Program-made: the position numbers and the translations under genes
Notes under the pieces: model-generated
Database searches by the model: none
The model's input: only the letters and a program-made list of their open reading frames with translations
Told to the model about the DNA's origin: nothing
From: an uncultured Bacteroidales bacterium
Lineage (GTDB): Bacteria > Bacteroidota > Bacteroidia > Bacteroidales > UBA3824
Reading direction: 5' to 3'
Length of the DNA: 64,000 bases
Assembly: GCA_937877455.1 (NCBI GenBank)
Contig: CALFIU010000177.1
Coordinates: forward strand, 13,769-77,768
Shown here: in pieces, positions 38,398-48,473 of the stretch
How positions within the stretch are numbered: the stretch's first letter is position 1
How the letters are laid out: the number at the start of each line of letters is the position of its first letter

Positions 38398-41300
38398 TTA
38401 ATCCACTTTAATTCTACCACCGTTACTATGACATGTAAATTCGGGAGCATACATACATTGCATCGAAGCCATACCTGTTGAAAAATCTCCTGAATGTACT
38501 GCAATTATGTCATATTCAAATACATATGTTCCTTTGTTTAAATATTCAACAAAGAAATTTTCTGATGCATCTTTTGTTGATTGATAATACCATAATCCGT
38601 CTTGATAGTGATACCTTGAAATAACGTTCAAAGGTTCAAAACCTGCTGGTCTTAAATCTTTTATGTGTACATATTCCATTTGACGGTCTGATTTTATTTC
38701 AAACCTAATAGTAACAACATCTCCATGATGAATTTTTGTTTTTGGAGTTACTTTTGTAAGTTCGTTGTTACCTTGTTTATTTTGTGATTTCAAATAGAAT
38801 TCTTTTTTGATTGAAACACCGTTTGAAGCCTCGTTAATGTTTTCTAATTTTTCAAAATATTGACAATAAGCTGCTCCGTATGCAATATTATCGTTGGAAT
38901 TTTTTACGGAAATGTCAGCCATTTTTTTGTTAATCTGGTCTTTTGTCCAAGTCTTTTTTACGTAACCTGTACCAGCTTGAGCATTTGACATGTCAATTTT
39001 TTGTTCACCAACCTTTATTTCAATATTTTGGGCAGCATCTAAAGAAAGTTTATTTTTGCCAATTGAAAGTAAAGCGTTACATGCTTCAACTGTGGCTTTG
39101 GTGCTGTTCCAACTATTTGTCTGTTTGTTTTTTATTAGCCAAATTTTGAGTTCTTCAACAGTTTTTTTGTCATTTGAAACTTCGTTAAATGCCTCAATAA
39201 TAGTTGCTTGAGTTTCTATTGGTGCATTATACCAAAACAACGACTTGACATTTGATTTATAGTACATGCCCATTTCTTCACTTTCAATAGCATTTTCTCT
39301 CAACGAATTGATTATTTGCATTGCAACTTTGTCGCCATCTGAATAACGGTTTATAATAATAGCCGACAATGCTTGCATCTGTAAGTTTTGCATTTTTAAG
39401 CCATTTTTTTTCAATTGAGAAAGATAGTAGTCGAGAACACTTTTGGCTTCGCTGCTAATTTTTTCGTCAATAAAGAAACTGCGAGCATACAAATACTGTA
39501 TATCGAGATAACTTGGTGTAAAAGTTTTTAAATCTTGTTTGGTTTCTTTTAATTTTTGGTATCTAATAACACTTTCAGAATCAATATAGTTTAATGCTTT
39601 TGAAATAAGCGACCATATTTTTGAATCTGCTTTTACATCACAAATACCAAGTTTGTATAGTTTTCCAAAACCTGCAACTATATATTGTGTAACAAAAATA
39701 TTTTCTTTCATTTGGCTAAACCACGGCCAACCTCCATTGGGTTTTTGACCGAGAGTTAGTTTGGTTAAAAACTTTTCGTGTTGAGTTTCAATAAATTGAG
39801 AATCAAAAAGTTTTGCAATTTTGTTATGCTGAGAGGTTTCGTTTTTACCATCGTTAACCCATGGTGTTTCTTGCAGAATAACTGATTTTAGTTCTTGATT
39901 TTTTTCAAGTGCAGAAACCAAAGCTTCTGGTTGGCTATTTTTCCAAGTGTTAAAAGTTTCTTTAATTTTTGGGTCGGAATTTACAATGTTTGCAGCCACC
40001 AAATTTGCATACAATTTAGTAAAAGTCTGTTCCATGCAATCGTGAGGATATTCTTGCATGGCAGGCAACGCCATAACAACATTCCAAATAGGATTTGAAG
40101 TAAATTCAAAAGTAAAACTATGATTTTCTGCGGTTTTAGAGTTGTTTTGTTTCCAACTTGTAAATTCAAAATCTTTTGATTGTTTTCCTCTAATGTTTAT
40201 TGGCATTGATTCTGTAACCAAAATACGGTCGGTAAGCACTGGCACAATTTTTTGTTCACCATCGCTAAAACTTCCGCAAATAGCCGATACTTTGCAAACC
40301 ACTGGCTGTGTGTATAATGGAACATTTAGTTCAAAATCAACGGCAACATTTCCGCCTGCTTTGACGCTGAAATTTTTGATATTTTGTTCAACTTTAAAAT
40401 TATCCAAAGGTTCAAGTGTTTCGGCATCAAGAATTTCTATTTTTATACGACCGTTTTCTAAATTTTCGTCGCTAAGGTTGGCTATTTTAACAGGAATTTT
40501 TATATTGTCGTTTTCGCGGAAAAATCTTGGAAGATTTACCGATACGCTAAATTTCTTGCATGTTGTTAAATGTTTTACAATGCTTTGAAATTTCATATCG
40601 GGTGTGTGTGCAAAGCCAAGCATTTTCCAACGTGTTAAACTTTCGGGCATAGTAAATTCTAAATAAAGTTCCCCATTTTTGTCGGTTGTTACTTGCGGAA
40701 CAAAAAATGCTGTTTCGGCAAAATTTTCACGAATTTTTATGTCCTTAGTATCAAAATCTTCAATAGAATTATTTTCCTGCTCAATAGATTTAGCCGCCAT
40801 AGATTGACAATCCATTTCGTCTGCTAATCCGTCAGCATCCGCCGACTCTTTTGCTAAAAATGCAACAGTATTAACTCGAGCACTTTTACTTGGGCGCGCA
40901 CTATAAAATACAGACTTACGACGATGAGAATAATTAATGTATTCATGTCCAAACCAATTGAGTTTGATGTAATCAATATAATAATTAGAATGAACAAAAT
41001 TATTTTGGGAGAAATTCTGTCCACGTTCAACGTTAAACCCAATACTTCTAAAATTTTGGTAATTAAAATTTTTGCTGTAAATATTTAAGTTGAAGATATT
41101 TGGTACAAAATAATCTAACGATTCGTCGTAAAGGGTTGCTAAAAATTCAGATGCTATAGGTAAATCTTTGTAATCGGTAATTTTAATTTTCCATGTTTCA
41201 GATTCACCCGGTTGCAATTTATCTCTAAATGTTAAAAAATTTATTTTTAAATCTTTATAATCAAGATTTACATCTATATTATTATTAGAAGCAATAAATT

Positions 41301-44300
41301 CGCCATCTTTAACAAAAAAGGCGTTGACAGTAAAACCGCCATACAAACTTTCGGTAATTTCTTTTGTAAAACAATAGTTATTTTTATTTAGTTTAATAGT
41401 CTTTTTTTCTAACAAATTTCCATCTTTGTAAACATAAATAAACAATGTAACATTGTCAAACGAAGTTCCATAAACAATTTCGGCTGTATCGCCAAGTTTA
41501 CAATTTTCTTTTAATGGTTCTACCCAAAAATAACGATTGATATTTTCGGTTGTTTCATTTTTGTCAATTAGAGAAAATCTATATTCCGATGTCGAAATTT
41601 TTCCACTATTGTCTTTGGCAGACAATTCTACACAATAGTTCCCTGATTTTTGGTCGTTTATAAATGAAAGATCAACATTTTTTTCTTCACCTTGATTAAT
41701 TGCAAATTGCTTTATAAGTTGCTGTTTTTCAAGATATTGTATATTGTTATCCGTTTCAGAATAAACTTTTGTTCCAAAATCTACATCATATTTTTCTCGA
41801 GTATATATTGGATTTTTGCAAGTACCAAGTTTTTTGGGAAGGCGTGGTTTGTCGAACGATTTTAAAGAGTAAACCTTAATTTCAACATCGCAATCAATAG
41901 GATTATCATTAGCATTGGTACATGAAAAACCCCAATTATTTAAATTGTTGTTATTTTTAATAACAATTTCTTTTGATGATAAAGCATTTATAAACAGCGT
42001 TTTGTAACCAATACTAATATTTTGCGTTGCACTACGAGTTTCCCCATTTATGTCGGTAACATAAGCCGTAATGTTGTAAGAAAAAGTAATGTTATCATCT
42101 TCTGGAATAGTTTTGTCGGGTTTGGCAACAAACTCAACATTAAAAATTCCGTTATCATCAGTTACAACATTGGTATCTGCTACCACTTCTTCATTCAAAT
42201 TCCAATACCAATATTTCCAACCTCGCCATCTTGGAACACGTTTTACTATGTAATGCACTTTTGCATTGCTAACTTTTACACCGCTATAATTTTGGGCTTC
42301 ACCTGATAGTTTAACAACTTCGTTAATAGCAAATTCTGATGTTGGACTTTTTAACGTAACTTCAAATGTTGGGCGTTTGTATTCCTCTACTTGTATTCTT
42401 TTATTGTTGGAATAACCATCAACGCAAATATACATTTTGCCGTTTAATCTGTCTTGAGGAATCGAAAATTGCCCTGCCGCTGTACCAAATTCGTTGGTTG
42501 TAACTTCTAATGTGCTTATTTCTTGATAATTAACATCTCTGAAATAAATTTTTAATTTTTCGTTAGGTATAACATTTGCAGTTTTTTTGTCGGATAAACA
42601 ATAGTTTAAAATTTTAAAATAAATTGTTTGTCCAGGACGATAAATAGCACGGTCGGTAAAAATATTTATATCTCTGTGGTAATTCTCACTTATGTATATT
42701 GAATTATTATAATTTTTATCAGAAATATAACTTTCAGAATCTTTTGTAACTTTTATATAAAAATGCGAATATTCTTTATAATTAAATTCTACATCACCAT
42801 TTTTATTTGTTATACCTTCACATTGTGAAGTTGTTATTTTTTTTAAGAGTTGAACGTTAGCACCCTCGATTGGTTCGCCAGTTTTAAAATCAACTACTTT
42901 TATTTTATATAAATTTTTGTTATTATCTATGTCTTCAACAACAGCAAAACGCGTTATTTGAATTTTTTTGCAATTAAGGTGCAGTCCGTTTGATGCGCTA
43001 AAATCTTTGTTATCGCTAACAAAAATTAAATAAAAACCATTTTTTAATCCGTCAACTTTAAGTTCTGAAGTTAAATTTCTATGGTCGCCATTGTCTATAA
43101 GAGATTGGGAAAATTCAATTACTGCGTTTTCTTTTAGTTTAGGAATATAGTCAAAATAATTAAAAAATTCATCTTCCGAAATTTTAACAATTTTAACGAA
43201 AGCTTCTTTTACATTTTTATACTCAAGGTTTATCAAAAAAGGAGCTTCTGAAGGTTCTTCGTTGGCACATGTTATAGAAAGATGTTTTTGGTTAATTAGG
43301 TCCGATATACTTTTTAATCCTTGTGCTGCATTTTGTTTGGGATATTTTTCACAAGCTATTTTACAAATTTCGTCAGCCTTAACATAATAATCCTTATAAA
43401 TTTCTGTTGTAGGATTTTGTGAATCATATTTCCTTGCTAAATCATTGTATTTAGATGCAATACCATGGTAAACCCAAGCAACTTCTGGGTTATCTGAATA
43501 TTTATCTAACATTTTGTACAACTGCTGCAAATAAAGTTTATCTTTGTCGTTGCCAACATAGATATCCAACAAAATTTTAAGACGATTCAAATCTGCGTCA
43601 ATAAGAGCATTAGAATTTTTTTCGCTTAAATGTGCAGAAATAATACTTTGCAGTATAGTAATTATTTGATAATTAACACATTTTTCCTTGGGTTCTTTTA
43701 GTTTAAAATTAGCAAAAATTTCCGCGTCGTCAAGTAATTCGGGGTGCGATGCTGAAAAATCATCTGAAAATTTTTCTAAATAATTACAGTTACTAAGGTA
43801 ATATGTATCTATAACTCTCCATGCTAAAAAATCGTATAAAGTTGTGGTGTAATTATTGTCGTTATTAAATAACAAAATATCTTTAAAATCAGAAATAGGA
43901 GTTTGAATAAGTTTTGTGCGATTGACAATAGATTTTAAAAAATATTCTTCTGCTTTTTTTGACAGTTGCTCATTACTCCACGTAGAAATATCTTGATTTT
44001 CTGAGTTTAATACTTCACTTCTATTTCTATTTCTATATTTGTTGACTTTGCAATATGTTAAATAAAATTCGCCAACTACAGAATTTAATACCGCACTTGC
44101 AGGAAAAGACATTGTTTCAATTTCTTTTTCCATCTGTGTAAGTTCTTTATAAAACTCATTATTATCGGTAGTTTGGTTAATTAAATCGAGACTATAAATA
44201 TAAGTTTTTATAAGTTGAACTTCATTTTTTTCTCTTCGAGCTTTTGAGCGAATATCGTTTACAATGTTCAATGCCGATTTGGGTTGATTTAAATCTTCGA

Positions 44301-44472
44301 ATTTTTCAACCTCTTTCCACATTTTTTCATAATCAGTTTTTATAAAAAACATAGTATCAGAATTATTGGTTATTGTTTTGTTTGCCATAATGTTTTTTCC
44401 AACAGCAACAAAAGCCGTTAAAAACACCAAGCAAAATAAAATTAATAGTGTTAAATTTTTTTTCTGTTTCAA
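38398..44472 (-). CDS. alpha-2-macroglobulin family protein (2024 aa)
   Basis: Signal peptide, repeated MG/Ig-like beta domains, and a thioester-like CMEQ motif (YPHDCMEQTF, nt 40027-40038) ahead of an alpha-helical TED-like region. TTG start, with no in-frame ATG that retains the signal peptide. Confidence 0.85.
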   Translation of the reverse strand: MKQKKNLTLLILFCLVFLTAFVAVGKNIMANKTITNNSDTMFFIKTDYEKMWKEVEKFEDLNQPKSALNIVNDIRSKARREKNEVQLIKTYIYSLDLINQTTDNNEFYKELTQMEKEIETMSFPASAVLNSVVGEFYLTYCKVNKYRNRNRSEVLNSENQDISTWSNEQLSKKAEEYFLKSIVNRTKLIQTPISDFKDILLFNNDNNYTTTLYDFLAWRVIDTYYLSNCNYLEKFSDDFSASHPELLDDAEIFANFKLKEPKEKCVNYQIITILQSIISAHLSEKNSNALIDADLNRLKILLDIYVGNDKDKLYLQQLYKMLDKYSDNPEVAWVYHGIASKYNDLARKYDSQNPTTEIYKDYYVKADEICKIACEKYPKQNAAQGLKSISDLINQKHLSITCANEEPSEAPFLINLEYKNVKEAFVKIVKISEDEFFNYFDYIPKLKENAVIEFSQSLIDNGDHRNLTSELKVDGLKNGFYLIFVSDNKDFSASNGLHLNCKKIQITRFAVVEDIDNNKNLYKIKVVDFKTGEPIEGANVQLLKKITTSQCEGITNKNGDVEFNYKEYSHFYIKVTKDSESYISDKNYNNSIYISENYHRDINIFTDRAIYRPGQTIYFKILNYCLSDKKTANVIPNEKLKIYFRDVNYQEISTLEVTTNEFGTAAGQFSIPQDRLNGKMYICVDGYSNNKRIQVEEYKRPTFEVTLKSPTSEFAINEVVKLSGEAQNYSGVKVSNAKVHYIVKRVPRWRGWKYWYWNLNEEVVADTNVVTDDNGIFNVEFVAKPDKTIPEDDNITFSYNITAYVTDINGETRSATQNISIGYKTLFINALSSKEIVIKNNNNLNNWGFSCTNANDNPIDCDVEIKVYSLKSFDKPRLPKKLGTCKNPIYTREKYDVDFGTKVYSETDNNIQYLEKQQLIKQFAINQGEEKNVDLSFINDQKSGNYCVELSAKDNSGKISTSEYRFSLIDKNETTENINRYFWVEPLKENCKLGDTAEIVYGTSFDNVTLFIYVYKDGNLLEKKTIKLNKNNYCFTKEITESLYGGFTVNAFFVKDGEFIASNNNIDVNLDYKDLKINFLTFRDKLQPGESETWKIKITDYKDLPIASEFLATLYDESLDYFVPNIFNLNIYSKNFNYQNFRSIGFNVERGQNFSQNNFVHSNYYIDYIKLNWFGHEYINYSHRRKSVFYSARPSKSARVNTVAFLAKESADADGLADEMDCQSMAAKSIEQENNSIEDFDTKDIKIRENFAETAFFVPQVTTDKNGELYLEFTMPESLTRWKMLGFAHTPDMKFQSIVKHLTTCKKFSVSVNLPRFFRENDNIKIPVKIANLSDENLENGRIKIEILDAETLEPLDNFKVEQNIKNFSVKAGGNVAVDFELNVPLYTQPVVCKVSAICGSFSDGEQKIVPVLTDRILVTESMPINIRGKQSKDFEFTSWKQNNSKTAENHSFTFEFTSNPIWNVVMALPAMQEYPHDCMEQTFTKLYANLVAANIVNSDPKIKETFNTWKNSQPEALVSALEKNQELKSVILQETPWVNDGKNETSQHNKIAKLFDSQFIETQHEKFLTKLTLGQKPNGGWPWFSQMKENIFVTQYIVAGFGKLYKLGICDVKADSKIWSLISKALNYIDSESVIRYQKLKETKQDLKTFTPSYLDIQYLYARSFFIDEKISSEAKSVLDYYLSQLKKNGLKMQNLQMQALSAIIINRYSDGDKVAMQIINSLRENAIESEEMGMYYKSNVKSLFWYNAPIETQATIIEAFNEVSNDKKTVEELKIWLIKNKQTNSWNSTKATVEACNALLSIGKNKLSLDAAQNIEIKVGEQKIDMSNAQAGTGYVKKTWTKDQINKKMADISVKNSNDNIAYGAAYCQYFEKLENINEASNGVSIKKEFYLKSQNKQGNNELTKVTPKTKIHHGDVVTIRFEIKSDRQMEYVHIKDLRPAGFEPLNVISRYHYQDGLWYYQSTKDASENFFVEYLNKGTYVFEYDIIAVHSGDFSTGMASMQCMYAPEFTCHSNGGRIKVD

Positions 44473-44498
44473 TTTTACGTTTTTTTTATTTTAAAAAG

Positions 44499-44506
44499 CA
44501 AATTTA
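44499..44506 (-). promoter_or_regulatory. -7 promoter box TAAATTTG (minus strand)
   Basis: The plus strand reads CAAATTTA, 27 nt upstream of the start at 44472. Confidence 0.5.
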
Positions 44507-44595
44507 TAGTTTGCAAAATAAGAACTATTATTTTTTTTACAAAAAAAATTGTTCTTTGTTTTTATCAACACAAGTTGTTAAATTTTAACAAATTC

Positions 44596-45357
44596 TTATT
44601 TGCGATATTTTTCAACCAAATGATTAACCACCAAACCAGCAAGCGTAAAACCAAAAATTGCAGTAATGTGCGCAAAAGTGCCGTTGGCTTGAGCTTTAAA
44701 TTTGCTCCAACTTTCTTTATTTACATCATCTTCCAATGGCTCAACAATTTGATTTTCAAGCAATTCATCGCTATATACACATGTAAATTTTTTTACGGGA
44801 AAGGTTTTTAACCGTTTGAATTTTTGTCTTAATGCGCGTGCAAGCGGACAGCCTTTTACATTCCAAAATTCTGCTGTTTTTATTTTTTGTGGGTCGGATT
44901 TTAAAGCAGCACCCATACTTGAAACAAAAAAAGCATTTGTTTTACAAGCATTTTCGATAAGTAATGCTTTATCTTTTAACGAATCTATTGCGTCAATTAT
45001 ACAATCAAATTCGTTTAAACAAAAACTTTCTGCCGTTTCTTGATTATAAACTTGTTGTTTTGTTGTAACAATTGCATTAGGATTTATTTCCAAAAAACGT
45101 TCTTTAAGAACTTCAATTTTTGGTTTTCCTATGTTTTTTGTTGTTGCGGGCAGTTGACGATTTATGTTGGTAGCACAAACAATATCGTTATCCACAAGTG
45201 TAATGTTGCCAATTCCTGTGCGAACAAGGCTTTCTGCACACCACGAACCCACACCGCCAAGTCCAAAAATAATTATTCGAGTATTTTTAAGTTGATTTAT
45301 AGTTTCTTCTCCAGTGAGTAGGGCAACACGATTGAAAATAGATTTTTCGAGGTTCAT
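44596..45357 (-). CDS. tcdA: tRNA threonylcarbamoyladenosine dehydratase (ThiF/MoeB-family E1-like)
   Basis: Nucleotide loop IIFGLGGVGSW. The size (253 aa) and sequence fit TcdA/CsdL. Confidence 0.8.
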   Translation of the reverse strand: MNLEKSIFNRVALLTGEETINQLKNTRIIIFGLGGVGSWCAESLVRTGIGNITLVDNDIVCATNINRQLPATTKNIGKPKIEVLKERFLEINPNAIVTTKQQVYNQETAESFCLNEFDCIIDAIDSLKDKALLIENACKTNAFFVSSMGAALKSDPQKIKTAEFWNVKGCPLARALRQKFKRLKTFPVKKFTCVYSDELLENQIVEPLEDDVNKESWSKFKAQANGTFAHITAIFGFTLAGLVVNHLVEKYRK

Positions 45358-45371
45358 ATTGTTTTACGTTT

Positions 45372-45974
45372 TTAGTGAAAACTTGGACATGTGTTGCATT
45401 TATTGCTTTTGCGACTTATCCAATATTTTACGCCTATGGCAAAAGATGCAACTTCTGGACTTAAATGGTTGATAGCAAACGATAAGTCGCACTTTTTTGT
45501 TATCCAATAGTTGTATTCTAATTCTCCACTCAGCCAACAAATTTTATATTGAGCCGCTCTTGATTCATAAATTTTTTCGTCAATATATCCATCAATCTCT
45601 TGCCACGACTGACGATAAAAAACTTGCGGACCAATTCCTATGTTTAACGAATGTTTATAAACTTTAAACAATCTAAAACGTAGCATTATTTGAGTGCTTC
45701 CTGCAATTTTTTCCATGCTGTCAAAACGAACATTTTGTACAAATTTTAAACTTGTAATTGGCGAGGCATAAATCTCCGCACCAAATCTTAATCCTGGTTC
45801 CAAAACTATTTTGCCGTTAGATCCTACTTTAAGTTTATAAATTTCGGCATTATCACAATCGCCAAAATCAACACCCAAACCAGTAAGTCCAACGCTAAAG
45901 TTAGATTGAGAAAAAGTTGATTTACAACATATTGCTAAAAATATAGAAAGAATAATAATTTTTAATTTCAACAT
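45372..45974 (-). CDS. small outer-membrane beta-barrel protein (possibly PagL-like lipid A deacylase family)
   Basis: Signal peptide and alternating amphipathic strands. The NHLS segment is loosely reminiscent of the PagL His/Ser site. The functional call is weak. Confidence 0.4.
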   Translation of the reverse strand: MLKLKIIILSIFLAICCKSTFSQSNFSVGLTGLGVDFGDCDNAEIYKLKVGSNGKIVLEPGLRFGAEIYASPITSLKFVQNVRFDSMEKIAGSTQIMLRFRLFKVYKHSLNIGIGPQVFYRQSWQEIDGYIDEKIYESRAAQYKICWLSGELEYNYWITKKCDLSFAINHLSPEVASFAIGVKYWISRKSNKCNTCPSFH

Positions 45975-46144
45975 TTTTTTGTGATTTATCGTTCAACATT
46001 AAAACGGAAATTTTATGGTTTCTGTTATGCTAAAACAAAAAAACTTTATTTTTTATAGTTTTTTTGCAAAAATATAAAAAAACTGCGGTGAAATTATTGC
46101 TAAAAACAAAAAAATTGTTTTCTTTGTAAAAAAATAATCAAAAA

Positions 46145-46918
46145 ATGGCAGAAAAACCACTGATTTTAATATCTAACGACGATAGTATCTATGCCAAAGG
46201 CATCAAGGAACTTGTTAAGGCAGTAAAACCACTTGGCAACATTGTTGTAGTAGCTCCTGCACAGCCACAAAGTGGTAAATCTCATGCAGTTACACTCGAT
46301 ATGCCATTGACATATCGACAAACGAAACTTGACGAAGATATTTTGTCGTACAAAGTAAGCGGCACTCCAGCCGATTGTATAAAAATTGCCCTTTTTAAAA
46401 TTCTTGATCGTATGCCAAACATTATTCTTTCTGGCATAAATCATGGATCGAATAGCAGCGTAAATATTTTATATTCAGGCACAATGGGTGCAGCAATGGA
46501 AGGCGCGCTTCACGGTATTCCTTCTATTGGATTTTCGCTGCTCAACTTTGCCGCCGATGCAGATTTTTCTACAGCAAGAATTTTTGTTGAAAAAATAACA
46601 AGAACTGTTTTGGCGTATAAAGGCAAAAATAATATTTGTTTAAATGTTAATATTCCTTACGACCAACCCGAAAATATCAAAGGAATAAAAGTTTGCCGAC
46701 AAAGCGAAGGTGAATGGCGTGAATTTTTTTCAGAGCGTTTTCATCCCGGCAACAAACGCCCATATTATTGGCTTACAGGTAATTATAAAAACAACGAACC
46801 AGAATCATCTGATACAGATGAGTTTGCTCTTGCCCAAGGTTATGTTTCGGTTCAACCAATTACAATAGATTGCACCGACTATAAAATGCTATCGGATTTA
46901 AAAAAATGGGATTTTTAA
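46145..46918 (+). CDS. surE: 5'/3'-nucleotidase SurE
   Basis: ILISNDDSIYAKGI and GINHGSN motifs. Confidence 0.92.
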   Translation: MAEKPLILISNDDSIYAKGIKELVKAVKPLGNIVVVAPAQPQSGKSHAVTLDMPLTYRQTKLDEDILSYKVSGTPADCIKIALFKILDRMPNIILSGINHGSNSSVNILYSGTMGAAMEGALHGIPSIGFSLLNFAADADFSTARIFVEKITRTVLAYKGKNNICLNVNIPYDQPENIKGIKVCRQSEGEWREFFSERFHPGNKRPYYWLTGNYKNNEPESSDTDEFALAQGYVSVQPITIDCTDYKMLSDLKKWDF

Positions 46919-46924
46919 TAAAAT

Positions 46925-46964
46925 AATGCGTTCAAAAAATTAAAATTTTCAATTTGAACGCATT
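46925..46964. terminator. bidirectional terminator between surE and the convergent reductase gene
   Basis: 12-bp stem AATGCGTTCAAA/TTTGAACGCATT. Confidence 0.7.
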
Positions 46965-46984
46965 ATTTAACACTTAGTATGTAA

Positions 46985-48430
46985 TTATTTTTGTGATAAT
47001 TTATCTTGTTTTAGTTCTTCGACGTAACTATCAATATAAGCCAAACGTTCGGGAATATTAATATTTTGTGGGCAATGAGGTTTACATTGTTCACAACCAA
47101 TACAATGCGCTGCTTGTCTTAATTTTGGAACACTCCTATCATAACCTACCAAAAATACACGTCGAGCCTTACTATAATTTTCGTCTTGTGTGCTTAGAGG
47201 AACGTTGCCTTCATTTATGCACTTATTATAATGCGTAAAAATGGCTGGAATATTTATTCCATAAGGACATGGCATACAATATTGGCAACGTGTACATGGT
47301 ACGAGAGGAAATTTTACAAATTGTTGTGCTGTGTTTTCCAACAAATTTAATTCTTCGTCGGAACACGGTTTTAAAGGGCTATAAGATAATAAATTATCTT
47401 GCAAATGCTCCATATACGTCATACCACTAAGAACGGTTAAAACCATTGGATATGTGCCGCAAAATCTAAAAGACCACGATGCAATGCTGTTTTCGGGTTC
47501 TCGTTGTTTAAGACGCTCAGACAAAAAATTGGGCAAACTTGCAAGCCTTCCGCCTAAAATTGGTTCCATTATTACAGACGGAATGTTTAATTTTGTAAGT
47601 TCATTGTAGAGATATTCGGCATTGGTATTGCGGTCGTTAATTACCTTGGCATGTTTCCAATCTACATAATTCATCTGAATTTGAACAAAATCCCAATGAT
47701 ATTTGTCGTTTAAAGAAAGTAAATAGTCGAAAACTTCAATATCTCCGTGATAAGAAAATCCAAGATTTCTTATTCTACCCGCCTTTCGTTCAGCATCAAG
47801 AAAATCAAGAATCCCATTATCTTCGTAACGACGTTTGTATGCTTCCATACCAGAAAGCCAATTGCCATCAAGGTCTTGTGCTCCCATTCCAATGCCATGT
47901 AGCAACATATAATCGATGTAGTCTGTTTGAAGTTCTTTAAGAGAATTTTTATACATTTTTATTGACTCTTCCCTACTCCATGTTGCTGCTCCAAAGTTTG
48001 AAAGTTTTGTTGCAATATAATATTTATCACGAGGATGACGCGACAAGGCAATGCCCATACTATGTTCGCTACGACCTTTGCAATATGCTGGCGATGTGTC
48101 AAAATAATTTATTCCATGCTCCAAGGCATAGTCGGTGAGTTCGTTTACTTGTTCTTGATCTATTTCATCGTTGCTTTCACGTGCGCTTTGATTACTTTTG
48201 GTTGGCAATCGCATAAAACCATATCCAAGCAGAGAAACTTTATCACCAGTGCTTGGAGTTGTGCGATATGTCATTTTGTCGGTTGGAATTTCACGTTTTG
48301 CACTACCACCACGGTTAGTAATTTTTGTTTCGTTGTTGCCACAACCTGTTGCAGCCATTGCTACAGCAGCAGTTCCAGCGGCAGCCATTGATAAAAATTC
48401 GCGACGATTTATATTTTTGTTATTATCCAT
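46985..48430 (-). CDS. Tat-exported aldo/keto reductase with C-terminal 4Fe-4S cluster domain
   Basis: Twin-arginine signal NRREFLSMAAAGTAAVAMA, an AKR core (DTSPAY...LLHG), and C-terminal CxxCxxCP and CxxCxxCxxHCP motifs. Confidence 0.8.
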   Translation of the reverse strand: MDNNKNINRREFLSMAAAGTAAVAMAATGCGNNETKITNRGGSAKREIPTDKMTYRTTPSTGDKVSLLGYGFMRLPTKSNQSARESNDEIDQEQVNELTDYALEHGINYFDTSPAYCKGRSEHSMGIALSRHPRDKYYIATKLSNFGAATWSREESIKMYKNSLKELQTDYIDYMLLHGIGMGAQDLDGNWLSGMEAYKRRYEDNGILDFLDAERKAGRIRNLGFSYHGDIEVFDYLLSLNDKYHWDFVQIQMNYVDWKHAKVINDRNTNAEYLYNELTKLNIPSVIMEPILGGRLASLPNFLSERLKQREPENSIASWSFRFCGTYPMVLTVLSGMTYMEHLQDNLLSYSPLKPCSDEELNLLENTAQQFVKFPLVPCTRCQYCMPCPYGINIPAIFTHYNKCINEGNVPLSTQDENYSKARRVFLVGYDRSVPKLRQAAHCIGCEQCKPHCPQNINIPERLAYIDSYVEELKQDKLSQK

Positions 48431-48473
48431 TGGTCTAAAATATTAAATTTTAATTGTTAAAGGTTATTTTTGA

